Assembly: GCA_045863335.1 (NCBI GenBank)
Contig: BTVY01000002.1
Location: 211,758 to 275,757 of the forward strand
Length of the DNA: 64,000 nucleotides
DNA from: Candidatus Hydrogenedentota bacterium
GTDB taxonomy: Bacteria; Hydrogenedentota; Hydrogenedentia; Hydrogenedentales; SLHB01
Direction: 5' to 3'
Shown here: positions 48,653-59,635 of the stretch, in pieces
How positions within the stretch are numbered: the stretch's first letter is position 1
Layout of the letters: each line of letters starts with the position of its first letter
The notes under the pieces: model-generated
Seen by the model: only the letters and a program-made list of their open reading frames with translations
Databases searched by the model: none
What the model was told of the DNA's origin: nothing
Program-made: the position numbers and the translations under genes

Positions 48653-51529
48653 TCATCCCCCTGCGAGCAACCGCTCAGCCTCCGGCTTGCCCGGAAAGTC
48701 GACCCCGAGCTGCTTCGCGTAGTGGAGGGCATAGGTGATGTAGTCGCGTCCTTCCTTTTCCTTGTTCTGCGCGAGCAGCGCCTTGCCGGCGTCGAGCAGC
48801 AACGTGGGATCCCCCGGCCGCATCTCGAGCGCAAACCGCAAATGTTTGGAAGCTTCGTCGAGATCTCCGGATTTCAGTTGTGCCAATCCCAATGTATGGA
48901 GAATACTCGCGTTCGTGTTGACCTTTTCAAATGCTCCCTGCGCCAGCGTCAACGCTTCGGCTGTGTCCCCACCTTCCTGAAGGATGCAGTAGGCCAGGTT
49001 GTTCGCAATGAACGGATCTTCCGGCAACAATGTTGCCAGCTTTCGGTAGGCCCGGAGTTGCCCCTGCATGTCGGATTGTTCGTCCATGAACCGCGCGTAC
49101 CGGAGCCACGCCTCCGCATTCTCCGGCGCGACCTCAACGGCCTTCTCAAGCGCGGCACGCTCGGCCGCGAAGTCGTCGAGTGCGTGCTCGACATCCGCAA
49201 GCCCAAGCCACGCCGCTGCAAGCGCGGGATATTCTTCCGTGTAACCCGTCGCGATGGCGGCTCGATCCGCAATCTCCGACACCATCGCCAGTGACGATAA
49301 CAGGTAAGTGACGACGCGCGGCTTCGCGGGCAATCGCTCCTCCAGTTCTTGAAACAGGCTGTACGCAGAATTGAACAGACGGGTCTCCCGGCATGCCAAC
49401 GCATGCGCAAAGAGCGCCGTGCTATCGGGATCGTTCTTTAAGGCCTCGGCCAACGACGCGTCTTCGGGCCCGGCTTCGCCAGGAAGCCGGTCGAACGCGG
49501 CCAACAGGACGGTGGTTGCCGGGCTGTTGATGGGCGATCCGTCGGCGGACAAGAGCGGTTCCACTGGGGACGCGCTGGAGCCCGTGTTGATCAGGGCCGC
49601 GACGTGTAGCAGTCGCAGTGCATTAGGATACGCCGCGCCTGCATGCTGCTCGCAGATCGTCAACACCGTATCCCAGTCGTCCTGAGACGCCGCCGCAAAG
49701 GCGCGTAGAACGGCGATCTGAAGTGCGTAGGCGGAAGCCGTATCGACCTTATCCAAGACCGCTTGCACGTCTCCGTAGTCGCCCATGAACGCGAGAACTT
49801 CCGCGAGGGCCACCGAGAGCACTTCCGTGCCTGGGTCTCGCTCAAGGCCTCGTTGCAGGACTTCGAGCGCGAGCCCGGACTCGCCCGCATCGCGGTACGC
49901 ACGCGCCAGCATCAGGGCGGCGAAAGGATCCTCCGGAAAGATCGCATACGTCGACTCCGCCAACTGCCGGGCCTCGGCATCTTCATCCGCTTGCATGAGC
50001 ACGTCAAAGAGAAGTTGCCGGGCCTCCCGGTTCCGCCCGTGGCGAACGATTAACTGCCGCAGTGCGGCTACAGCGAACTTGGGCATTCCCACACTGCGAT
50101 ACATGGACGCGATATTGTAAAGAGCAACTCCGTTTCCAGGATGGTCAACCATCGTCTGTGTGAATACGTCCAACGCCTGCGCCCGGGACCCCCCCATAGC
50201 AAAGAAGAACCCTCGCGCGTTTCCGCGTAGAATCTTCTCCGCAGCTCCGGCCGGCTCCCAATTGTCAAGAGTCTGTTTTGCTGTCTCCCAGTCTTGGGCG
50301 ATGACATCCTCCACGAACTTTCGCTCTGGGCGTTCTTCGGGGACCCCGTCGACCAGTGATCGGGCCGTGTTGCCGTCCTGCGTGAAAACCGCCGCGAACA
50401 ACAGCGTCGCTGCAAGTTCCGGGGAGGGGTCATCCCTCAGAAACGATTCACGTCGAGCAAGAAGCTCACGCAGACTTGCCTCGTTCCACAGATCTTGCCA
50501 GCTTGCCTGGTCATCATCCGGCTTCTCGGGGGTAGCATCAGCGACAGCCGGCTCGACGGCTTGCGATTCTTCTCTACCGCCGCGCTGTGCGATCGCCAGC
50601 ATATTTGCTACAGCAGGTTCATTCGGAAGCCCGCCAAAGGCTGCGGATAGACAATCGATCGCTTCCGCATAGCGCTCTTCTTCGAGCAGGCATGCGCCCA
50701 CGACAAAGTTCGCCCAGGGAGACTCGGGCGTTCGATCCAGGATAGGCTGCGCGATGGCTTCGGCTTCGTCAAATCGCTGCGCGGCCAACAAGCTGCGGGC
50801 GAGAGCCAACTGGATATTGTCATTGTTCGGTTGTTCCGAGGCGAGATTGCGAAGCTCGGTCACAATCTCCTCAGCTTTCCCTTGCGCCTGGTAAACCTCG
50901 ACCAGAAGCATGCGTGCCGCAAGAGACGAACCGTCCAGCGTGTCGAGCACGGTATGTAGCTCTTCCTCAGCCTCATCGAATCGGTCTGCCGCATGGTAGG
51001 CCGAAGCAAGATTGACCCGTACGTCAGCGGCTTCCGGATACTGGGCGGATAGCGCGGAAAGCACGGTAATGGCACCGTCGACGTCTCCGGTTTCGCGGAG
51101 CACGTATCCTTCCAGAATCCCGCCCGCGATGGGGTCGACATTCTTGAACCGATCGACAATCTCATGCGCGCCGGGCACGTCCCCGTTTACCACGGAGATG
51201 CGAGCGGCCTCCATGTATGCCTTCTCCAGGTTCGGATCGAGTTCGATCGCCTCGAGATAGGTCGCGATCGCCTCCTGGGGTTTCTTGTCGAGCCACAGGC
51301 AACGGGCCAACCCCATCTTGGCGCGCGCGTTCGTGGGGTCGAGATCGAAGGCGCGATTGAAGGATTCCTGGGCGGCCTGAACATTTCCGATGAGGAGGTA
51401 GGTTTCCCCCTGATCGGTGTACTGCTGACTGCGCCGTCCGCCGCACCCCGAATGGAGGAGCAGTGCGAAGCACAATCCAATCAGGATGGCGCCGCGCCAC
51501 GAGAACCGGCTTAAATATGGTGCGTTCAT
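48653..51529 (-). CDS. Large TPR lipoprotein (PrsT-like)
   Basis: Lipobox LHSGC, many TPRs, NNLAY..LHTLG near the C-terminus. Adjacent to the exosortase. Confidence 0.85.
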   Translation of the reverse strand: MNAPYLSRFSWRGAILIGLCFALLLHSGCGGRRSQQYTDQGETYLLIGNVQAAQESFNRAFDLDPTNARAKMGLARCLWLDKKPQEAIATYLEAIELDPNLEKAYMEAARISVVNGDVPGAHEIVDRFKNVDPIAGGILEGYVLRETGDVDGAITVLSALSAQYPEAADVRVNLASAYHAADRFDEAEEELHTVLDTLDGSSLAARMLLVEVYQAQGKAEEIVTELRNLASEQPNNDNIQLALARSLLAAQRFDEAEAIAQPILDRTPESPWANFVVGACLLEEERYAEAIDCLSAAFGGLPNEPAVANMLAIAQRGGREESQAVEPAVADATPEKPDDDQASWQDLWNEASLRELLARRESFLRDDPSPELAATLLFAAVFTQDGNTARSLVDGVPEERPERKFVEDVIAQDWETAKQTLDNWEPAGAAEKILRGNARGFFFAMGGSRAQALDVFTQTMVDHPGNGVALYNIASMYRSVGMPKFAVAALRQLIVRHGRNREARQLLFDVLMQADEDAEARQLAESTYAIFPEDPFAALMLARAYRDAGESGLALEVLQRGLERDPGTEVLSVALAEVLAFMGDYGDVQAVLDKVDTASAYALQIAVLRAFAAASQDDWDTVLTICEQHAGAAYPNALRLLHVAALINTGSSASPVEPLLSADGSPINSPATTVLLAAFDRLPGEAGPEDASLAEALKNDPDSTALFAHALACRETRLFNSAYSLFQELEERLPAKPRVVTYLLSSLAMVSEIADRAAIATGYTEEYPALAAAWLGLADVEHALDDFAAERAALEKAVEVAPENAEAWLRYARFMDEQSDMQGQLRAYRKLATLLPEDPFIANNLAYCILQEGGDTAEALTLAQGAFEKVNTNASILHTLGLAQLKSGDLDEASKHLRFALEMRPGDPTLLLDAGKALLAQNKEKEGRDYITYALHYAKQLGVDFPGKPEAERLLAGG

Positions 51530-51545
51530 GGAGTTTCCTTCACGT

Positions 51546-53105
51546 TTAAATATTCTTCATCATGATCGGCGCGAACTTCATCGCGAAGTCATCAAGTGCC
51601 GCAAAGGCCGATGCCTCGCCGTCGGAAGCGATGGGCGTGCTGAGTTTGATCATGGCCGATGCCGGCGCGCCAAACGTCATCTGGTTCTTCGCCCAGTACA
51701 ACGCGTTGGCAAAGAAGTTGCCCGTCACGTAGTCGCCGGTCTTGAACCAATACAGCACGGCTTCATAGTGTTCGCCTTTCATCAACACGAGCCGGCGCGC
51801 CGTGAACAAAATACCCACGGACACGTCCTCCTGCTTGATGATCTCCCAGCCGTCCCCTACCAGACATACTTCCGGGAAGTGCAGGCTGCGCCGCGTCGTG
51901 CCGGCGTGGACGACGCTCAACTGAATCGGGCGGTTGCGCGGCGAACGATAGTTTCGAATAAGGATGGTGCTGGATTCGAGTATTGCTTGCGTTCGCTCGT
52001 CGATCTCGAAATCCGCACCTTCCTGGGAGTAATCGACGATAGTCTTCGGAATATCCAAATCCGCGCGCACAGTCGAGGCGGGCTCCACGCGCGCCTGCGC
52101 TCGGAGAATCCCGAAATGCGCAAACGCCGCCACAGCCAGAATCGCCAGCGCCGCTCCATTCACGACCCGCCGGGTTCGGGACGGCGCCGCCGGACGTTCC
52201 GGTTCGGGCTCCTCGTCTTTGCTGGGCACGAACCGGCGAAGGGGCGCATCGATCGCGGTGAATAGTAGTATCGCCACGGCAAATATCAAAATCCCGGAGT
52301 AGTCGTGTACCTTTCCGCCGGCAACTTCGCTCCCCCACACGTAGCCGACTACGCATAAAAAGAAGATGCGAACGATATTTGCCATGATGGCGATCGGACC
52401 CGCCATCACCATGATGAACAGTTTCGCCCCCGTGCGCACTTTACTGATGTAGGCGAAGATCGCGCCCAGCGCGAGTAGTGCGATCAGGGACCGGAGCCCC
52501 CCGCAGACATCGCCGACGAGGAGGCGATCATTGCCAAAGTGAATCCACGATCCCTCCTGGACCATGGGAAGCGTCAGCGCGTTTGCCAAGACTACCGCGC
52601 TCTGCGCGGCGAGAAGTTTCAACTTCAATGCGATGTTCTGTGTGAGTGACGGCGGTATTGGAATCATGAAGATTAGAAAGAGCAAAGGAAACCAGAGCCG
52701 GCGCACCCAATGGTTGCCCAAGAGCACGGCGATCATACCCGCCAACATAGGCAGCATGGAGAACTGGGCAAACACCCGGAATCCAAGGTAATCGCCCAAA
52801 ACGAGCAATAGGGACGCAAACGCGATCCATACGATGCCCGACTTGGACGGGCTGATCGGCATTCGGGAAAGATAGGCCCGGTCTTTCCACACGAAGTACG
52901 CGCTGATGAAGGGAACCAGAAACCCGTGCGTGTAGTACGAGTCGGTCAAGGTCCAATTCGTATACAACTCCCCGGCGGACCGCCAATAGATCGCGACGAA
53001 CGCCACGCCGAAGACCGCCGACATCCCCAGCGGCCAGCGGGATGCCGATGATTCGGTGGTGCTTGCGGGGCCGTGATTCGAGGTGTTGCTGGTCGTTGTG
53101 CTCAT
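51546..53105 (-). CDS. Exosortase fused to EpsI-like C-terminal domain
   Basis: YTHGFLVP, FMIPIP, VGDVCGGLRS (Cys), NIVRI (Arg), VHD (His). C-domain has Y..HFPEVCL.G.GW and LYWF. Confidence 0.92.
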   Translation of the reverse strand: MSTTTSNTSNHGPASTTESSASRWPLGMSAVFGVAFVAIYWRSAGELYTNWTLTDSYYTHGFLVPFISAYFVWKDRAYLSRMPISPSKSGIVWIAFASLLLVLGDYLGFRVFAQFSMLPMLAGMIAVLLGNHWVRRLWFPLLFLIFMIPIPPSLTQNIALKLKLLAAQSAVVLANALTLPMVQEGSWIHFGNDRLLVGDVCGGLRSLIALLALGAIFAYISKVRTGAKLFIMVMAGPIAIMANIVRIFFLCVVGYVWGSEVAGGKVHDYSGILIFAVAILLFTAIDAPLRRFVPSKDEEPEPERPAAPSRTRRVVNGAALAILAVAAFAHFGILRAQARVEPASTVRADLDIPKTIVDYSQEGADFEIDERTQAILESSTILIRNYRSPRNRPIQLSVVHAGTTRRSLHFPEVCLVGDGWEIIKQEDVSVGILFTARRLVLMKGEHYEAVLYWFKTGDYVTGNFFANALYWAKNQMTFGAPASAMIKLSTPIASDGEASAFAALDDFAMKFAPIMMKNI

Positions 53106-56100
53106 GCCGCGCCTTCCTGCGCGTTCAGCAGCTCACCCATTCGCGCGAGCTTGTTCTGATCGACTGGCTCGCCATTGGTCGACTTCTGAACGGCGGACTC
53201 GTAGTATGTCCGCGCCGTCGACAGGTCGCGCGTGTGGTAATACGCCTCAGAAAGCGCCAAATCGATTCGCGCCGACGCCGGCGACATGGCGGCCGCCGCG
53301 GCAAGCAAATCCTCGAGCGCTTGCCGATGTTCACCTTTTGCCATACGGATCATACCCCGCGTCGCAATGTACTCCGGGTTGGCATCGATCGCGATGGTGC
53401 GTTCAATCACCGATTCCGCATTGTCCAGCTGCCCGGGCGATTCCAGCAGGAGCAATGCCTTTGTGTTCAGCACGTCCGCACTGTCCGGGTACTCATCGAG
53501 GTACCGATCGCACAGGCTGATCGCCTCGACCAGATTTCGCTGTTGAATACGCACGGCGAGCATTTCGCGGAGCGCGGGCACAAACTCGGGATCGGCCACC
53601 AGCGCGCGGGTGAGTGCCGTGGATGCCCGCTCCAACCGGTCCTCTCCACCGATGGCCCGATACAACCGGGCCAGCACAACCCACCCTTCGGGGTCAGATG
53701 GATGCGCGTCGATCCAATTCTGCAACAATTCAATGGCTTCGTCCGCGCGGCCCTGTCCTTGAACGGTCACGGCCAGGTCGAACCGCAATTCGAGATCGTC
53801 GGGGTTCGCCTCGACCTGGGCGCGCAATACGCGTTCCGCTTCCTGGCTATCCCCTTCCGACAAGAGCAGCCGGCCCTGCAACGCCCGTATCGTGTCGTCC
53901 GTTGCGCCGCCGCCGGCGCTTTCAAGACGAGCGAGCACTTCGCGCGCCCCGCGCACTTCCTTTCGTTCGATCAGACTTGCGGCAAGCAACTGCAACGCTC
54001 GCGCGTTATCGGGATCGTCGTTCAACACCCGCCGCAGCGCCTTCTCCGCTTCCAACCGTCTGCCCAGGGCGGAGAGAATTTCGCCCAACTGCAATTGCAA
54101 CGCAGAAAGCTCTGGCGCCAACGCAGCGGCGCGCTCCGCATGACTGAGCGCGCGCGGATAATCCTGCTCCATCATCGCAACCCGGGCGAGCCCCCACTGA
54201 ACGTTCACGTCGCGCGGCGCGACAGCCGCCGCGCTCTCGAACAGTGCCTTGGCTCCGGCTACATCGGGCGTTTCCTGGCTGAGCAGGAGGAAGCCGTCGA
54301 TGGACTTCAGTACCGGACTGTCTGGCGACTCGTCGCGAACCGCGGCAACTGTCGATTGCACTACGTCCCGGTCCGTTCCGTCGGGCATCGCCAACAGATA
54401 CTGGACGAGTTCCAGCCGCGTATCGTTGAGCCGGTCGCGCGTGGGACTCGCCAGCGGGACGGTCGGCTCGATCTCGTTCAGCATGGCAATCGCATCGTCG
54501 AATTTGCCTTGGCTGGCTGCCATGGAAATCTTCGCCAATGCCAACTCGGTGCGCTCCCGTTCCCCGGCGACGGCCTGCATCCCACCGTCCAGAACCTGGA
54601 CGGCTACGTCGTAAGCGTCTCGTCCCGTCAAGAACTGCGCCCAATCCAAGTAGGTGTCAACCGAAGGGGATGTGATCGAAGCGAGAGACGCATTGACCGC
54701 GGCAAGTGCGGCATCCGGATTCCCGCTCTCCAGAGCAACCGCCACACGCGGACGCGCCAAATCGAGCTCCGGGACGCCCGCCGCGAGCGCCTCGTCGAGG
54801 ATGGACTGGGCCGCGCGAGGGTTGCCGGATTCAAGCTCCAGTTCGACAAGCGACTCATACGCGCCCGTGCGCTTAGAGTCCATGGCAAGACAACGGCGCA
54901 ACAGTTCGCGCGACGTTCCCGCGTGTTCGTCAACGCGACCGTTGCGCCTCGCGGACTCAAACAACGCGACGCCGGTGGCATACAAGGTCTCCGCGGTTGC
55001 GTTGGCGTCATTCGCCACGGTATTCGCCCGGGCAACCGTTGCGTCAAGGGAAACCGGTTCTCCGAAATTCCGCAATAAGAGGTCGCGTGCCCGGACATCG
55101 CTCGGGTTCTTGGCGAGATAGGCGTCGAGCGTGTTGCGCGCAAGGTCCCGCTGGCCGGCGTCGAGATAGGCCACGGCAAGCGTGAATTGCGCCTGCAGAA
55201 AATTGGGGCGTAACTCGAGCACCGGGGCAAGCCGTTCGATGGCTTCGTCCGGATTACCCTGAACCAACAGTTCCTTTGCGGCGAAATACTCCTCGATAGG
55301 CAACTGCCCGGGATACGCGTCGTTGTACAGTTTTAGCGTTTCTTTGGCATCGTCGAACTGGCGAAGACTCAGTTGGAGGTCGCCCAGCGTAATGAGAATG
55401 GCCGGATTGTCCACCTGAACTTCTGGATCGACGCTCTTCAGCGTGTCCACGGCCCGTGGGAGCTCGTCCATGGCGACATACGCGCCCGCCAGCATCAGGT
55501 GGGGCGCTGCAACGTTGGGGTCTTTCTCGATCGCGCTCCGGAGGTATTCAACGACCGCATCGTAGTTGTCGCGCAGACCCGCGGCTTGCGCCTGTGCAAT
55601 CAGCACCTGGGGATCCTCCGGCGCGAGTTCGTACGCCTTTTGCAGCAACGTGTCGACCTGCTCCCAATCGCGTTCACGCGCGAGAAACCGGGCATAGTCG
55701 ATAAGGACGCGGGCGTCGTCTGGACGACGTTCCAGCGCATCGGCAAATACCGCCGCGGCCTCCGTGTCGAGACCGCGTTCGCGCAGCAGATTGGCAAGAC
55801 TGGCATACGCGTCGGAATGATCGGTGCCGTCCTGGAGCAACGCGCGGTATGCATCGATCGCCTCGTCGCGGCGGCCCAAGCGGTCGAGCGCAAGGGCAAG
55901 GTTGTATTGAAGGTCCTCGTTCTCGGGATCATCTCGCAACCATTCCTTCACATAGTACTCGACGTTCCCCCATGCGCCCATCTGCTTGTACAGTTCAAGC
56001 AAGACCGCCCGGTATTCGGTCCGGTCCGGGTGGTACGTCAAGATCTGCAAATAGGCCACCGCCGCGCTTTGGAGCGATCCCACCCGATTACTCAAGAGGT

Positions 56101-56341
56101 TCTCGCACGCGTCCGCGTAGCGAAGAAGGAGATCGATGTTCTCCTTATCCTGGGGAATGTAGCGTTCATAGTAGTTCTTGGCGAGCTGCCATTCCCCCGC
56201 CTCGTAAGCGGCATCGGCCTCCGCAAGCCAGGCTCGATTCCGTTGTTCGATATACGCTTGCAGGCCGAAGAAGGCGCCCACGCCGAGCACCGCCAACAGG
56301 ATTACGGCGAGCACCAACCATTTCCAAAATGAACGAATCAT
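53102..56341 (-). CDS. Large membrane-anchored TPR protein (~1080 aa)
   Basis: N-terminal TM anchor (WLVLAVILLAVLGVGAFF) followed by continuous TPRs. ATGA overlap with the exosortase. Confidence 0.85.
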   Translation of the reverse strand: MIRSFWKWLVLAVILLAVLGVGAFFGLQAYIEQRNRAWLAEADAAYEAGEWQLAKNYYERYIPQDKENIDLLLRYADACENLLSNRVGSLQSAAVAYLQILTYHPDRTEYRAVLLELYKQMGAWGNVEYYVKEWLRDDPENEDLQYNLALALDRLGRRDEAIDAYRALLQDGTDHSDAYASLANLLRERGLDTEAAAVFADALERRPDDARVLIDYARFLARERDWEQVDTLLQKAYELAPEDPQVLIAQAQAAGLRDNYDAVVEYLRSAIEKDPNVAAPHLMLAGAYVAMDELPRAVDTLKSVDPEVQVDNPAILITLGDLQLSLRQFDDAKETLKLYNDAYPGQLPIEEYFAAKELLVQGNPDEAIERLAPVLELRPNFLQAQFTLAVAYLDAGQRDLARNTLDAYLAKNPSDVRARDLLLRNFGEPVSLDATVARANTVANDANATAETLYATGVALFESARRNGRVDEHAGTSRELLRRCLAMDSKRTGAYESLVELELESGNPRAAQSILDEALAAGVPELDLARPRVAVALESGNPDAALAAVNASLASITSPSVDTYLDWAQFLTGRDAYDVAVQVLDGGMQAVAGERERTELALAKISMAASQGKFDDAIAMLNEIEPTVPLASPTRDRLNDTRLELVQYLLAMPDGTDRDVVQSTVAAVRDESPDSPVLKSIDGFLLLSQETPDVAGAKALFESAAAVAPRDVNVQWGLARVAMMEQDYPRALSHAERAAALAPELSALQLQLGEILSALGRRLEAEKALRRVLNDDPDNARALQLLAASLIERKEVRGAREVLARLESAGGGATDDTIRALQGRLLLSEGDSQEAERVLRAQVEANPDDLELRFDLAVTVQGQGRADEAIELLQNWIDAHPSDPEGWVVLARLYRAIGGEDRLERASTALTRALVADPEFVPALREMLAVRIQQRNLVEAISLCDRYLDEYPDSADVLNTKALLLLESPGQLDNAESVIERTIAIDANPEYIATRGMIRMAKGEHRQALEDLLAAAAAMSPASARIDLALSEAYYHTRDLSTARTYYESAVQKSTNGEPVDQNKLARMGELLNAQEGAA

Positions 56342-56361
56342 TTCGCGCAAACCTCGCGATG

Positions 56362-57150
56362 TCAGGTTGTTCTGGTTTGGCGCGAGCGGTACCGCCAAAG
56401 TTCACGCCAGAATAGGCTCAGGATCTTCATATCGTCGACGAGATAGCGGCGCCACAGCCGTCGCGGTTCTTGATACAGCCGCCAAATCCACTCGAGTCCG
56501 GCATGCTGCATCCACCGCGGTGCCCGCTTCACCCGGCCGGCGAGAAAATCGAAGGACGCGCCGATACCAATCATGACGGCCGCATTACATTCGCGGTGCA
56601 CCTTGGCCATCCAAATCTCTTGCTGCGGCGAACCGAGCGCCACGAAACAAATGTCCGGCCGGGCCGCTGCGATGGTGCGCACGGCTTCCGCGGATTTGAT
56701 CTCGTCACTGTAAAACGCCATGGGCGGACTGGCTACTCCCGATACCTTTAGCCGGGGAAAACGCTCCTGCAGCCTCTTCGCGGCTTGAGCCGCCACGCCT
56801 TCCGCTGCGCCGAAAAGGTAGACGCTGAGTCCCTTCTCCGCGGCATATCCCGAAAGATCGACGACAAGATCGGACCCGCTGAGTTTCTCGCGGAGAGGAC
56901 TGCCCAGAACCTTGGACATCCAAATCAGCGGTTTCCCGTCGCAGACCACCGTTCCGGCATTGGCGTACGCATCGCGGAACATCGGATCCGAATGACACCG
57001 GCACACGTGATCGACGTTCGCGGTCACGATGTACGTGGGCGCGCCGCCCCGCACATACCGTTCGATGCGTTGGCACAGCTCATCGAGCGTCAGGTCGTTA
57101 AACCGAACCCCGAACAGTTCAACCAGTCGCTCTTCGTTCTCGCCTTGCAT
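56362..57150 (-). CDS. WecG/TagA/CpsF glycosyltransferase (GT26)
   Basis: VTANVDH, CDGKP, SGSDL, VALGSPQQE, IGASFDF, RAPRWMQ..GLEW..RL..EPRRL.RRY. Alternative GTG start 57291. Confidence 0.92.
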   Translation of the reverse strand: MQGENEERLVELFGVRFNDLTLDELCQRIERYVRGGAPTYIVTANVDHVCRCHSDPMFRDAYANAGTVVCDGKPLIWMSKVLGSPLREKLSGSDLVVDLSGYAAEKGLSVYLFGAAEGVAAQAAKRLQERFPRLKVSGVASPPMAFYSDEIKSAEAVRTIAAARPDICFVALGSPQQEIWMAKVHRECNAAVMIGIGASFDFLAGRVKRAPRWMQHAGLEWIWRLYQEPRRLWRRYLVDDMKILSLFWRELWRYRSRQTRTT

Positions 57151-57277
57151 ACTGTTGCCTGTCAGCTTTCGTACCGCGCGCGAATCGGGGTCGATGCCGA
57201 AACCCGTGGTATTGCGCAGCCGCCCGCCGGAAGGATCTTCGCCCGGCGCATCGATAGCCGCTTCCCTGTAACGCGCG

Positions 57278-59611
57278 CTAGTATTCGTCACGCCGCGGAG
57301 GATCGCCTTCTTCGTCGTCCACCAACATTATCGTGGGCATACCATCCGCTTCGGCGTCGCTCACCGGGAGGGGACGTACCGGCCGGGCGGTTCCGGCTGC
57401 CGGCTCATCGGCGTTTTCATGTTCGTAGGTGTAGTAACTCGCCAGATTACGCCGCATGTACCCTCCGGGCACATGCTTGACGCGATTGAGGACAACCCCG
57501 ACTACATTGGAACCAATCTGCTGCAAATCGCGCAGGGTCCTCCGCACCATGCCGAGCATCGACACCTCGGCGCCCACCACCACGATGACGCCATCCACGA
57601 TGGGCGCCAATAATTTCGCATCGGACATGAGCAGCACGGGCGGCGTGTCGATGATGACGTGTTCAAACGTTTCCTCGGCGTATTCGAGGAACTCGACCGT
57701 TTCGCGAGAGGCCAATTTGCCCACCAGAACCTTCGAGTTGAGACCCGGCCCCAACACCGAAAGGTTGGGGTATTGCGTCTCACGGATTGCATCCTCCGCA
57801 CGGATATCACTCGAAAAGATTTCGCTCAAACCGGCCGCGGAAGTCATCCCCAGCCGCTTCTCGACACTGGGGCGGCGCGCGCTCAAGTCGACAAGCAGAA
57901 CGCGACGGTTCGCCTGTGCCAACGCAATGGCCAAGTTGCAGGATGTCGTCGTCTTGCCGTCTCCCCGGCTCGCGCTTGTCACCAGGCAGGTGTTCAGTTC
58001 GGCGGACCCTTCCGGCGGATAAATGATTCGCGTGATTACACGACGGATCGCGTCTGCCGAGATCGAATCCGGGTGTTCCGCCGCGACGACGGCCATGTTC
58101 ACGTTGACCGGCAACTGCTCCACGCCCGCGTCGGGAATGATCCCCATGAGAGGCAGATCCGTGCAGTAACCGATATCCTGCGCCGTGCGGACCTGCTGGT
58201 CCGAAATCTCGCGCCAAAGTCCCACGCCAAAACCAACGCCGCACGACCCCATGAGCACGAGGGCCATGTACTTCAGCCGTTTGCCGTTGTCCGGTTCCGT
58301 GGGCGCGTACGCGCCGACCGCCACTTCGATAGTCGCCGGCGCCCGGCTCTCCACCTGGAGCACGCGAATCCGGTCCTGCACGTTCTTCAGGTCTTCTCGC
58401 GCGCCGTCTAGTTCGTCCTCAATCTCGCGCACTCCAGATAAGGCCTTGTTGACTTCAAGGGCTTCCGCCGACTGCTTCTCCAGTTCCGCGTCGAAATTCG
58501 CGATGCGCGTGCGCGCTTCCTCCAAGGCCTTCTCCGCGGTCTGCAATTCGTGTCGCGATTCCTCGAAGCGGGATTGCAGCACCTTGGATCGTGCCGTGGC
58601 CTGCGCTTCCGCCAACTCGCCCGCCGAGGCGTCCCGGGCTTCCTGGTACAAGCGAACTTGCGGATGATCGGCCACATAGCGGCTTTGCGCGCGGGCCAAT
58701 TCGGCCTCTTGATTCGCCAGCATCTGGGTCTGGACCCGGACCGCTCCATCCTCGTTGACGGATTCTTCGATTCCAAACTTGTAGATGGGAGCCTGGGGAT
58801 TCTGCTGTTGCTGTTCCGTGAGCGCCTGAAGTTCGCCAAGCTCCACTTCGATCTGCTCGATGCGTTTCTCGGCGGTCGTTTGATCGGCGAGGGCTTTAGA
58901 CAGATTGTCGTGATACGCGCGCAGCTCCGAATCCACGCTATTCATCCCAGGCAACTGTACGCCCGCGATCGCCTCACGCCGTTCCGCCACCGTCTCTCTC
59001 AGGTCGGCGACGCGCTGTTCGAGAATCTGACGTTCCGCGATCAATTGTTCGGTGATGCTGACGTCACGCGCCTTCTCCGCCGAGGTGGCGAACTTCAGAT
59101 ACTCATCGACCGTGGCCTGCACGATGGCAATAGCCGTGTCCCGCTCGCTCGATTGAAAGGAAACTTCCACCAACTCGGTCGTTGGGATCAGGCGCGCACG
59201 GACATGTTCCTCCAGAAATCGCAATGGGTCCGCCTGCTTGGCGATGAGCGGCAGCGAACGAATGTCCTGGCGCTCCGCCACCCGGGATAGCACAGACGCC
59301 CCCTGAATAATATTCACCTGAGTCTGGACGTGCGTGACGTAGTCAGACGAAATGGCCGAACCGCCCGCATTGGTCAATACGGTGGGACGCGTGTTGGAGA
59401 AACGGATGCGCGCCGCCGCGTTGTACTCTCGCGGGATTACGAACCAGACCGCGACGATCAGAGGAACTGCCACCGCGACCGCGACCGCGATCATCAAGGG
59501 TCCCCGCATGCGGATCAGCCGTTTGAAATTCAAATTGCGCGTAGACGCCCCGGCCGCGCCGGCCTGGCCCAAAGACGTTATGGAAACATCGCTCGTAAAA
59601 TCGGTCGTCAT
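57278..59611 (-). CDS. wzc: Polysaccharide co-polymerase/tyrosine autokinase
   Basis: Two TM helices flanking a coiled coil, Walker A SASRGDGKTT, VLLVD, IIDTPP, GVVLN, C-terminal Y..YYTY. Confidence 0.9.
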   Translation of the reverse strand: MTTDFTSDVSITSLGQAGAAGASTRNLNFKRLIRMRGPLMIAVAVAVAVPLIVAVWFVIPREYNAAARIRFSNTRPTVLTNAGGSAISSDYVTHVQTQVNIIQGASVLSRVAERQDIRSLPLIAKQADPLRFLEEHVRARLIPTTELVEVSFQSSERDTAIAIVQATVDEYLKFATSAEKARDVSITEQLIAERQILEQRVADLRETVAERREAIAGVQLPGMNSVDSELRAYHDNLSKALADQTTAEKRIEQIEVELGELQALTEQQQQNPQAPIYKFGIEESVNEDGAVRVQTQMLANQEAELARAQSRYVADHPQVRLYQEARDASAGELAEAQATARSKVLQSRFEESRHELQTAEKALEEARTRIANFDAELEKQSAEALEVNKALSGVREIEDELDGAREDLKNVQDRIRVLQVESRAPATIEVAVGAYAPTEPDNGKRLKYMALVLMGSCGVGFGVGLWREISDQQVRTAQDIGYCTDLPLMGIIPDAGVEQLPVNVNMAVVAAEHPDSISADAIRRVITRIIYPPEGSAELNTCLVTSASRGDGKTTTSCNLAIALAQANRRVLLVDLSARRPSVEKRLGMTSAAGLSEIFSSDIRAEDAIRETQYPNLSVLGPGLNSKVLVGKLASRETVEFLEYAEETFEHVIIDTPPVLLMSDAKLLAPIVDGVIVVVGAEVSMLGMVRRTLRDLQQIGSNVVGVVLNRVKHVPGGYMRRNLASYYTYEHENADEPAAGTARPVRPLPVSDAEADGMPTIMLVDDEEGDPPRRDEY

Positions 59612-59635
59612 GACGTTAGGTCCCTATTGCCGGGG

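Noticed and set aside
53042-55078. 678-aa plus-strand ORF
   Set aside because: Antisense to the TPR gene; Arg/Gly-rich composition typical of shadow frames.
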